Positions 46,408-54,934 of a DNA stretch of 64,000 nt are shown here, piece by piece. The notes beneath the pieces were generated by a model, which had not been told where the DNA came from, did not search any database, and saw nothing but the letters and a program-made list of their open reading frames with translations. How positions within the stretch are numbered: position 1 is the first letter of the stretch; every line of letters starts with the position of its first letter. The stretch is from Bacteroidota bacterium (GTDB taxonomy: Bacteria; Bacteroidota; Bacteroidia; Bacteroidales; UBA1715): the NCBI GenBank assembly GCA_009786075.1, contig WQTX01000001.1, positions 1,592 through 65,591 on the forward strand, in the 5' to 3' direction. The translations under genes and the position numbers were made by a program.

Positions 46408-49400
46408 TTATTTAATAATTGTAATATTCCCTTTATCTCTAAACTCCCGATTATCTAAGCAGCGAGCGTAAATATAATACACCAGCACTTGCGGTTCTAA
46501 TGGTTTTCCTTTATATTTTCCGTCCCACTGCGCGTGCAAATCGGTTGTTTCAAATATTTTTTCGCCCCAGCGGTCGAAAATTGCAAATTCAAGTTCGGTA
46601 ATTGCTCCTGATTTTATTTCAAAAATATCGTTTACACCATCATTGTTGGGTGTAAATGCCGTTGGCACAAAAATAAATTCCTTTGTACAATCCCAATCAA
46701 CCACTTGCAAATGTACCGTATCGGTATTGGTACAGCCATAGCTGTCGGTGGCATGAACCACATAGGTGTAACTGTGCGGCGGCGTAACTGTGGCATGAGC
46801 CGAATAGGCATTTTCAATCCATATCATGGGTGTCCACATATACGAAACACCCTCTTGAGGAGTTGGCAACGCCGAAAGTTGCACTTTTTGACCTTTATAT
46901 ACAATATATTTATCGGCAGTGGCATCTAACAGCGGCAATTTATTTTCAACAGTAATTGTAATTTCCTGCGTTGTAATTGCCGCACAATTGTGCGCATCGG
47001 TAATTTCAGCTGTGTAAATTCCCGGACACAAATTATATAAATCCTGTGTGTTTTGTTCGTTGCTCCACTGCACGCTGTACGGCTTGGTGCCACCTTCTAT
47101 TGTTAATTGTATGGAGCCGTTGCAGGCATTTTCGCAATTGACATTTGCTGCTGCTATATTTTTCAATTCCAACGGTTGCGGTTCAATTATTTCAAACGTT
47201 TCTGTTACCACACAGTCCAAACCGTCGGTAATTGTAATGCTATATACGCCTTCGCCCAAATTTTGTTTCGCAGGATTACTTGAACCATCGTTCCACAAAT
47301 AGGTGTAAGGCGCAGTGCCGCCAACGTGCGAAACTTCGAGCGCAGCATCGGTTTCGCCAAAACACGAAATTGGCGTATTGACAACGGTCAACATCTCTAA
47401 ATCATTAACCGCCACGTGTACGGTGTCTATTTTCACACAACCGTCTTGATTTCGGGCATGAACCACAAAATTGGTGCTTACACCGGGTTTTACCAAAGGA
47501 GTTGCCGACTGTACACCTGAAACTATGAAATGCTGCGGACTCCACGAATAGGTCATACTATTTGCAGGATACAGATTTTCTACGCCAATTTCCACCACAT
47601 CGCCTTTGCAAATAAATGTTTCGCCAAAGGCTTTTACATCGTTGAACGAAACATTGACTTCAACCATTGCCTCGGTTTGAAAATTGCAATATTCGCTGAA
47701 CGTGCGCACATAATATGTTACTTTGCCGGTAGGCATAAATGTTATGGAACTTTGCGAAAAATCGGGATTGATAACCGGATTGAACGTGGGCGAAGTTGAC
47801 CAAATATAGCGGCGCGTAGGTGCGCTGGTGTAAGCCGTTACGGTATACCAATCGCCGGAACACACCGGATTGCGCTCCTCACCGTTTTGTGTAACTTTTA
47901 ATTCTAAAATATGATAATCGTTTTTAAATACATTCACGGTTTGCGTATAAATAGTTTTGCACCAGTTCGAAGCAACGGTCAGTTCGTAATCGGTGGTTTC
48001 GCCGGGCGTTGCGTTGGTTTGCGGACGGTCGGGTGTGGAAAGTCCTTCGCTTGGCTTCCACGTGTAGGTGTAGTTGGGATTATATTCGTTGGGAATACCA
48101 ATTTCAATAGTTTCGCCTGCGCAAATATATTTTGCAGGCAACACGTCGTACGCTATTTGTTCGGTAATTATCAATTTTTTTGAAATAGAATCAACCAAAT
48201 TGCACGACGACACATCGCGCACTATGAGTTTTATTTCGTATTCGCCCGGTTCGGGGAAAATATGTGTAAAATGTTCGTCGGTAGAAAGTATCGAACTATC
48301 GTCAACATACCATTCGTACTCCAATTGCGGATTGTTGTACAAGTGCTGCGATTTGTCGATAAACGTCAATTCATTTGCCGAACAGGTTATTTCGGGTAAT
48401 TCAAAATCGGCAACGAGCAATCCAAAACCAATATAAAACCGGAATACGGCATTGTTGCAATTTCTGGAATTATTGTTGTTGCTCCACGCGCCGGGTTTGG
48501 GGTAGGTGGGGAAACCATTGCAACCGCCACAACTTGCGCACACGCTTTGGTAAATATTGCCTTTTTTGTCAAAACGTGCTGTTCCGCCGTCCACGTGTTC
48601 GCGTCCGCTTCCTCTGCAAGTATTGTAATTATGTATTTCGCCAAAATAGGTGGCATAGCCCACTTCATTTGCTTCGTCGTCGATTACCATCAGATAAAAA
48701 TCCTTGCCATCGGTATGCTTTTGATACGCATCGGGAGTAATAAACATATTTTTTGTGCCTTGCATAAAATACCAGCCATTGTCGTACATCCATTCTTTCC
48801 AATATTCGTTGTAATAAGTACCAATGGAATAATCCGTTTCCCATTCTCTACCATAACCTGCTAAATAAATACGATTGCAAATATCAACTTCAAACGCTGT
48901 GGGCGTAATATTGGGCGTGCCATTTCCCGAACCAAAAACCGTACTCCAATTCAGCGTAGATAAATCATTGCTAAACGATGCCAAAAATTGTCCGCTATTG
49001 GGTTGTTGAAATTTCGCATTATAAATCAAAGTTGAGCCTGTGGCGGTAGTTTGCCCGAATAAAAATACATTGCCCAAAGAATTGCAACGCACAAAATGCG
49101 CTTGGTCGTGCCGGTCGGAGCCAAAATAGGTGCCTGCGAGCAAATTACCGCTTTGGTCTAATTTTATAAGAAAGGCATCGACCGTACCTCCTATTCTGTT
49201 GGGTATAAATCCATTGAACGGCACATTCATAGTTTGTGAACAGGTGCCGCCGGTGGCAAACACATTGCCCTCCTTGTCAATGGTAATTGAGTATGCAGCA
49301 TCTTTACTTTCGCCGCCAATGTAGCTGCTCCATTCAAGGTTGGTCATATCGGCGTTTAATTTGAAAATTACACCGTCCTGCGAGCCGCCCGACACAGGTT

Positions 49401-50871
49401 GAAACGCATTTTTTACCGGAAAATCGGTGGAAAACGTTGTGGAAGCAATATAAATATTATCGAGCGTATCGAGCATAATTTCACCCCGTGCACCGTCGCT
49501 GTGATTGTAATACAGGGAATCTCTACCGTAATATTGGTATGAGACTAACCCTCTATCGAAATTCAAACCATCGTTTTCACTACCGCCCATATATGTGGAC
49601 GAAAGCAGTTGCGAACCGTCGGCACTCAGACGAGTTACGAATATATCGAGACCGCTTTCAAAATTAATAACGTGCCCGTAAATTATTGATGTTCCTCCGG
49701 CAAATGTTGGCTGAATGGCATTTCTCACAGGAAAATCGACCGAGCCTGTTGTGCCGAGTATAAGTAATTCATTTTTGGAATTGACAATCAAACTATGCGG
49801 CATTTCGGCGCTTGCACCGCCTATGTAACTCGCATAGAGGCGTCTTGTTCCCGTGGGGTCGTATTTTATAATTCCCACGTCCCACGAACCGCCGCCGTAG
49901 GTTGTTTGCGAAGCTCCTATACTTACCGGATAACCAAAACCTTCGACAATGCCGCCGGAATACACATTATTTTCAAGGTCGTACGTTGCCGTAAATCCCC
50001 AATTGTCGCTTGTGGAGCCTGTGTAAGTCGAAAAAATTAATTCGGGGTCGATGTACAGTGTGTGTTCGGGATTATAATCTCCCACACGGTAGGTCAGTTC
50101 AAAGCGGTGCAAATTGTAGGAACATTCAACCGCAACCGTGTCGTTGCCAATTATTTGATATGCGTATGGTTTTTGTTCAATTACTTCGTTTACCGAAGTT
50201 GTGATAATCAAATTTCCCTTTTGGTCGATTGCCATACGGTTTACGCCATCGTAACGCAGTTTTATTTTACCGGGATTGCCACCCGGACGCACCACAAAAT
50301 CGTATTTCATAGTTCCTCCGGCATCGTATAAATACAAATCGGTGTATCTATAAATTTCGTGGTATTTTATTTTTTTATAACTTACCACATTGCTCGCCCA
50401 TTTTTTGGAATCATTTCCGAGAAAAAAATGTTCCACACCCGGCAATCGTTCATGAGCCGAAACGTGTGTGCGATTGTTCATTCCCTCAAAATACACTTTG
50501 TAAGCATGTGTTTTTTTAGGTTGCGGTTCATCGTCATCGGCGTGGCTGCAAGCGTTATGTGAGTGTTGCGATTTGAGCAATCGCAAATTCAACGGCATGC
50601 CGGTTTTTAAAAATTCCGCTTTTTCTTCCGGCGAAATTTTGATTAGGTCGGTACTATCTGTAAAATGCTTGTGCGCATTATGCGTATCGTAGAAAAAATA
50701 GGTCAAACAATTTTTTTCGGCATACATAAATCCGCCGTACAATTGTGTGCGGTAAAGAACACTCGATTGCCACTGATTTTTATTCTCGGTAAAGTGAATC
50801 ACAGGCATTTGGGCGTGAGCCGAAATAAAGGCGCACGTAAAAATAATGGGGAGTAGCTTTCGTAGATTCAT
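46408..50871 (-). CDS. Large T9SS type-B C-terminal-domain surface protein (SprB-like adhesin)
   Basis: Signal peptide from MNLRKLLPIIF (start moved to 50871). Beta-propeller-like and Ig-like repeat regions. C-terminus FVPTAFTPNNDGVNDIFEIK...FDRWGEKIFE...WDGKYKGKPL. Confidence 0.85.
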   Translation of the reverse strand: MNLRKLLPIIFTCAFISAHAQMPVIHFTENKNQWQSSVLYRTQLYGGFMYAEKNCLTYFFYDTHNAHKHFTDSTDLIKISPEEKAEFLKTGMPLNLRLLKSQHSHNACSHADDDEPQPKKTHAYKVYFEGMNNRTHVSAHERLPGVEHFFLGNDSKKWASNVVSYKKIKYHEIYRYTDLYLYDAGGTMKYDFVVRPGGNPGKIKLRYDGVNRMAIDQKGNLIITTSVNEVIEQKPYAYQIIGNDTVAVECSYNLHRFELTYRVGDYNPEHTLYIDPELIFSTYTGSTSDNWGFTATYDLENNVYSGGIVEGFGYPVSIGASQTTYGGGSWDVGIIKYDPTGTRRLYASYIGGASAEMPHSLIVNSKNELLILGTTGSVDFPVRNAIQPTFAGGTSIIYGHVINFESGLDIFVTRLSADGSQLLSSTYMGGSENDGLNFDRGLVSYQYYGRDSLYYNHSDGARGEIMLDTLDNIYIASTTFSTDFPVKNAFQPVSGGSQDGVIFKLNADMTNLEWSSYIGGESKDAAYSITIDKEGNVFATGGTCSQTMNVPFNGFIPNRIGGTVDAFLIKLDQSGNLLAGTYFGSDRHDQAHFVRCNSLGNVFLFGQTTATGSTLIYNAKFQQPNSGQFLASFSNDLSTLNWSTVFGSGNGTPNITPTAFEVDICNRIYLAGYGREWETDYSIGTYYNEYWKEWMYDNGWYFMQGTKNMFITPDAYQKHTDGKDFYLMVIDDEANEVGYATYFGEIHNYNTCRGSGREHVDGGTARFDKKGNIYQSVCASCGGCNGFPTYPKPGAWSNNNNSRNCNNAVFRFYIGFGLLVADFELPEITCSANELTFIDKSQHLYNNPQLEYEWYVDDSSILSTDEHFTHIFPEPGEYEIKLIVRDVSSCNLVDSISKKLIITEQIAYDVLPAKYICAGETIEIGIPNEYNPNYTYTWKPSEGLSTPDRPQTNATPGETTDYELTVASNWCKTIYTQTVNVFKNDYHILELKVTQNGEERNPVCSGDWYTVTAYTSAPTRRYIWSTSPTFNPVINPDFSQSSITFMPTGKVTYYVRTFSEYCNFQTEAMVEVNVSFNDVKAFGETFICKGDVVEIGVENLYPANSMTYSWSPQHFIVSGVQSATPLVKPGVSTNFVVHARNQDGCVKIDTVHVAVNDLEMLTVVNTPISCFGETDAALEVSHVGGTAPYTYLWNDGSSNPAKQNLGEGVYSITITDGLDCVVTETFEIIEPQPLELKNIAAANVNCENACNGSIQLTIEGGTKPYSVQWSNEQNTQDLYNLCPGIYTAEITDAHNCAAITTQEITITVENKLPLLDATADKYIVYKGQKVQLSALPTPQEGVSYMWTPMIWIENAYSAHATVTPPHSYTYVVHATDSYGCTNTDTVHLQVVDWDCTKEFIFVPTAFTPNNDGVNDIFEIKSGAITELEFAIFDRWGEKIFETTDLHAQWDGKYKGKPLEPQVLVYYIYARCLDNREFRDKGNITIIK

Positions 50872-51090
50872 AACTTTTTGAATAACTGAGTAACTGAATG
50901 ACTGAATAACTGACTGTTTGGTTGCGGAGCTATTAGTCAACCTAACTAAAAAACGTTAAAAATAACACATTTAATCTATTTATGCAAACAATTATTTTAG
51001 ATACTATGGCAACCGCACGAAATTTACCCTCAATTAGTAACAGTTTTTTCACTTTTTCCCAAAAAACCACCAAAAACAAAATCCTTTTAT

Positions 51091-51098
51091 TATATTTG
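51091..51098 (+). promoter_or_regulatory. -7 box TATATTTG preceding the structured RNA candidate
   Basis: Exact TAnnTTTG match. No plus-strand protein gene lies downstream. Confidence 0.4.
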
Positions 51099-51104
51099 CA
51101 CTAA

Positions 51105-51300
51105 TTCCATTTTCAAGAAGTTAAAAACCGGAAGGACATTTTGTAAAAAATAGCGTTTTGCTATGTCCTGGTCATTGGAACGTGAGAAATTTCAAGTACG
51201 CCAAGGTAAGTTGAAAGTCGCAGGAATGCGGATTTACTTATTTGGTGTACAGGTGATTCTCACGACCTCTAAGGCGGATTAAAAGCGCAAGGATTTAGAT
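51105..51300 (+). ncRNA. Candidate structured small RNA of unknown family
   Basis: Helices 51133-51139/51163-51169, 51181-51188/51257-51264, 51196-51211/51236-51250 and 51219-51222/51227-51230, capped by a GGAA tetraloop. Three G-U pairs exist only in plus sense. Confidence 0.4.
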
Positions 51301-51644
51301 AATAGATTGATTATAAGATAGAAAGATAGTTTTTTACAAGTATGCAGTGACAAATGAGTAACAAAACATTCCCTTATTGAGAATTGTGGAGAATTTTGTA
51401 CTGCAAAGATAATCATTTTTCAATTAATACAACAACCGACTACACCAATTTTGAGTTTTCACAGAATAATATTAAAAGTAATAACAGCCTCACAGGAAAA
51501 GACACACAGTTTAATTTACAGCCTCTTGTTCCAATTTTGTAGTCTTTCAAAAACAAATAGGAATTTTCCCGTATCCACTAAAATCCATTCCGTATCAATC
51601 CAAAACCAACAGGATTTTTCAAGTATCAATTACCAAAAATCAAG

Positions 51645-51798
51645 TGTCTAATAGGAATTTTTAGCAGACACCTATTAGACACCAATAAGACACCTATTAT
51701 CTACCGAATAATTCCTATTTCCTCCGAATAATTTTGAATAAATCCTATTAGCTACCTGTTGGCTACCAATTAGACACCGAATGGACACTGATTAGCTA
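51645..51798. repeat. Phased 10-11-bp direct-repeat array (consensus CCTATTAGACA) plus one inverted copy
   Basis: Eleven consecutive units at 51671-51798, ten starting CC and the last starting CT: CCTATTAGACA CCAATAAGACA CCTATTATCTA CCGAATAATT CCTATTTCCT ... CCTATTAGCTA CCTGTTGGCTA CCAATTAGACA CCGAATGGACA CTGATTAGCTA. The inverted unit TGTCTAATAGG lies at 51645-51655. Confidence 0.75.
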
Positions 51799-51871
51799 CA
51801 AAAAAATCTTGTGTTAAGAAATACCCAAAATTTAAGCAAAAAATCCTATGTTATATGGTATTCTACGGATA

Positions 51872-54784
51872 TTACTTAATCAATATTAGCAATTCCTCCG
51901 CCAATTCTCTCGATTCCAACCGCATAATACTCTCCTCCGAACTCCCGTAACTCAAAAGGTTAATATTTCCATACCATACAAGACGATTGTCAATAAGAAC
52001 AAATTTTTGATGAATGTCGCTTTTTTGCACAACCGTAACAATCGATTGTAAATATTCAATACACTCTTTTATCCGCTCCGGTTCTTTATATGATTCCGGC
52101 GGACGAGTAACGATTGTGATTGAAACGCCCATTTTTAACGGCTCTTTCAACCATTCGAGGATTGTGTTTACTCGTTTTCTTTGCAAGAATGGACTGACAA
52201 TCAATATTTCTTTTTTCGCTTCGACAAAATCATTTTTCATTACTTCCGCAAAACTATCGGTGTCATAAATCAAATTGACTTTGTCGGGTTGGTTTTGAGC
52301 TGATAATGTTTTGTAACCTATCTGCGCATAACCGCTAAGGCGTTTGTGGTACATTCGTTCCAAAACCGGAACGTGAATATCCACATAATCGTAAATCATT
52401 ACATCTTTTTTATCGGGATATTCTCGGTGTAATCGTCCGGCATATTGAGCCAATGTACCTTTCCAAGCAATTGGCGAGGCGAGAAACAAGGTGTCTAAAC
52501 GTGGATAGTCAAAACCTTCGCCAACATATTTTCCTGTGGCAATGATAATGAGTTTTTCTTCTTTCGGAATGTTTGCTAACGATTCCATCATTTTGGTTTT
52601 TACTTTTGTAGAATCCGCTCCAACAAGCGTGATGATGTGTGCATCTATTTGATTTTTAAGTAATTCAAATAATCGCGAGACGTGTTCTTTACGTTGAGTG
52701 AGAATGATTGGTGTTCGGTTGTTTGTAACTGCTTCCGTAACATCATTGACAATCTGTTGGTTACGAAATTCGTCTTCGGCAAGAGTAGCGTAGATTTTAG
52801 TAATGTGCCAATCGGTTTCATTTTGCAAAAACGGCTTTTTAAATCCTGTAAAACACGGGATTAAATAGTGTTCAAAATTCCGTTTGCTTGCCTGCGATTT
52901 TGCATCAACAGAGTAGCGAATTGCGCCACACTGCATAAAGGTTATCGGGTGCTGTCCGTCTTGACGGGTGGGTGTTGCCGTCAAACCACAAACATAATGT
53001 GCATTGACCGCTCCAAGAACTTTTTCGTAATTGACAGACGAGGCGTGATGACATTCGTCCACAATTACCATTCCGTAATTTTTTACAATATCATCAACCT
53101 CATTATCACGGATTAAACTCTGAACGAGTGCAATATCTATGATGCCCGATGAAGTATTTTTGCCTGAACCGATTTGTCCAATAAGCGAACGAACCTTTTT
53201 TCTTCCTCGTCTTTTCTCCGCTTCGGGCAAGGTTTCGTTTATTTCGAGGAATTGTCCCAAAGATTTTTTCCATTGGTCAAATAATGTTTGTAAATGAACC
53301 AATATCAAAGTATTGCATTTTCTTTCGGCAATGAGCGATGCGCCGATAACGGTTTTACCGAAGGCGGTTGGAACGGAAAGTATACCGTTTTCGTGTTGGA
53401 GTAACGTATCGGTTGCCGATTGTTGTTCTTCGCGGAGCGTACCTTTAAAATTTACATCAATCTCTTTGCCTTTATTTCGCTTATCGTCAAATTCATAATT
53501 GACATTGGAATTTTCGAGCAAAGCAATAAGTGAAGAACGACAACCACGCGGAATGCCCAAATATTCAGCCGTTTCGTCCAAAGAATAAATAATTCGTGGA
53601 ATACCAAACGTGGACATTCGCATTTTCTGCGTTTTGTAAAATTGTGGATTTGAAAAGGCGGCAAGTCGTTTGATTTTGTTTAAAGCACATTGGCTGACAT
53701 CTTTTTTCAGAATATACAACCTGTTTGCTTCAATAATAATCAGTTTATTGGGAAAATCGTTGTTTTCAAGTTTCGTTTCCGGCTTTTTGTTTTCCCAAGG
53801 TTTTGGAACATCATCATCGTCTATTTCGATATTTCCAAGTTCTCCCAAACCATTGCCGATACATAATTTGTCGAGCCATTCATCTATTTCTGCCGAAGAA
53901 ATTTTCTTAATGGAAGATAAATACGCCCATTGGTCGGGGTAAGATTGGAAATTTTCGTCAATAAATTCACTATTTCCGTTTTTTCGTGCTCCACCTTGCA
54001 AAGGCAAAGCAATCAAATTGCCAAATCCGCCTTTTGGCATAAAATCCTGATTGGGGAACATTCGGTCGTAGGACGAAAATTTTATTTCGTGCCTAACGGA
54101 CATCGCTTTTGTCAGAATTGCATTCCCGAATTTTCGTGCGGACATTGCCAAAATCGGCTCGCTAAAAAACAACCAAGCGTGTGCGCCGTTTCCGGAACGA
54201 GAACGCTCAATTGCCACCGGAATATTCAACTCTTTACAAACAGAACGAAAGGCGGAAATGTCTTTTTGCCATTGTTCTTCATCAAAATCAATAGCAAGAA
54301 ACAAGCAAGTTTCGTCTGACAAGAGAGCGTAAACCCCGACAATTCCTGTTCCGTTTTCGTCTTTATTTCGTAAATGGAAATTGATAGTTTCCGCTGTCAA
54401 AGGCAAAAATTCTCGATTGGTACAATCTTTACATTTGGTGTTTGTTCTGTTGCAAAGTCCTCTAACCCACTCGTTTTTACAGGCAGGAATATAATAACTG
54501 CTTTCGTGCTTTCTGCTGTAACAGCGTTTGGCGTAAACATCTGTTCTTCCACGAAACAACGACATAAACAATTCTATTTTTTCTTCGGGTGTGCTGTGTT
54601 TGGTTATAGACGATTCCGTTTCCTGTATGGTATTTTCTTCTTCAACGGGAACGATATTTTGCTTTTTGGCTATTTCTTCAACCGACAACCCCAATATTTT
54701 CCGTAATTTCTCATTTTCTGCACGAAGAAAATAAACTTCCGATTCAAGTTCTTCGATTCGTTTGTGGAGAGTTGTTTTGGGCAT
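51872..54784 (-). CDS. AEP/PrimPol - SF2 (DEAD/DEAH, ResIII-like) helicase - HKD/PLD nuclease fusion protein
   Basis: AEP motifs LAIDFDE, SGNGAHAWLFF and GFGNLIALPLQG. Helicase motifs PTAFGKTVIG, VIVDECHH, GLTATPTR and QYAGRLHR. C-terminal HQKFVLIDNRLVWYGNINL (HxK). N-terminal coiled coil. Confidence 0.8.
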   Translation of the reverse strand: MPKTTLHKRIEELESEVYFLRAENEKLRKILGLSVEEIAKKQNIVPVEEENTIQETESSITKHSTPEEKIELFMSLFRGRTDVYAKRCYSRKHESSYYIPACKNEWVRGLCNRTNTKCKDCTNREFLPLTAETINFHLRNKDENGTGIVGVYALLSDETCLFLAIDFDEEQWQKDISAFRSVCKELNIPVAIERSRSGNGAHAWLFFSEPILAMSARKFGNAILTKAMSVRHEIKFSSYDRMFPNQDFMPKGGFGNLIALPLQGGARKNGNSEFIDENFQSYPDQWAYLSSIKKISSAEIDEWLDKLCIGNGLGELGNIEIDDDDVPKPWENKKPETKLENNDFPNKLIIIEANRLYILKKDVSQCALNKIKRLAAFSNPQFYKTQKMRMSTFGIPRIIYSLDETAEYLGIPRGCRSSLIALLENSNVNYEFDDKRNKGKEIDVNFKGTLREEQQSATDTLLQHENGILSVPTAFGKTVIGASLIAERKCNTLILVHLQTLFDQWKKSLGQFLEINETLPEAEKRRGRKKVRSLIGQIGSGKNTSSGIIDIALVQSLIRDNEVDDIVKNYGMVIVDECHHASSVNYEKVLGAVNAHYVCGLTATPTRQDGQHPITFMQCGAIRYSVDAKSQASKRNFEHYLIPCFTGFKKPFLQNETDWHITKIYATLAEDEFRNQQIVNDVTEAVTNNRTPIILTQRKEHVSRLFELLKNQIDAHIITLVGADSTKVKTKMMESLANIPKEEKLIIIATGKYVGEGFDYPRLDTLFLASPIAWKGTLAQYAGRLHREYPDKKDVMIYDYVDIHVPVLERMYHKRLSGYAQIGYKTLSAQNQPDKVNLIYDTDSFAEVMKNDFVEAKKEILIVSPFLQRKRVNTILEWLKEPLKMGVSITIVTRPPESYKEPERIKECIEYLQSIVTVVQKSDIHQKFVLIDNRLVWYGNINLLSYGSSEESIMRLESRELAEELLILIK

Positions 54785-54810
54785 TGTTGGGAATTCTGTT
54801 TTAGAATGAA

Positions 54811-54818
54811 CAAAGATA
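54811..54818 (-). promoter_or_regulatory. -7 box (TATCTTTG on the minus strand) for the AEP-helicase-PLD gene
   Basis: The plus strand reads CAAAGATA 27 nt upstream of the start codon at 54784. Confidence 0.45.
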
Positions 54819-54854
54819 GCGATTTTTCTTTTTATGTTTTGTATCGTTAAAGAA

Positions 54855-54897
54855 GAAACCCCAAAGTCAAATAATTTTTATTCGATTTTGGGGTTTC
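54855..54897 (-). terminator. Terminator of the LRR surface protein gene
   Basis: An 11-bp perfect stem GAAACCCCAAA/TTTGGGGTTTC, 38 nt past the stop at 54935. It isolates the AEP gene as its own transcription unit. Confidence 0.7.
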
Positions 54898-54934
54898 CAC
54901 AAGTTCCCTTGTAAAGAAGATTTAGAGGAATTTT

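Noticed and set aside
50872-50940. Extension MTNSSATKQSVIQSFSYSVIQKV of the adhesin ORF
   Set aside because: It is translated from the 8-nt periodic ATAACTGA array. A canonical signal peptide begins at the internal Met (50871).
51181-51264. The GGAA-capped rod as SRP (4.5S) RNA helix 8 or as a group II intron domain V
   Set aside because: The SRP-specific internal loop words (…CAGG… / …AGCAGC…) are absent. Domain V would be a 34-nt hairpin with an AGC triad and a 2-nt bulge, and although the string GAAAGUCGCA resembles one, the surrounding pairing does not. There is no intron ORF and no RT nearby.
51451-51651. 66-aa plus-strand ORF in the non-coding stretch next to the AEP gene
   Set aside because: It has a non-ATG start and low-complexity sequence, overlaps the word-like repeats, and has no promoter or recognisable fold. 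It is treated as non-coding.
51645-51798. Periodic repeats as a CRISPR array
   Set aside because: The units are 10-11 bp, contiguous and degenerate, with no spacers. No cas genes are present in the window.
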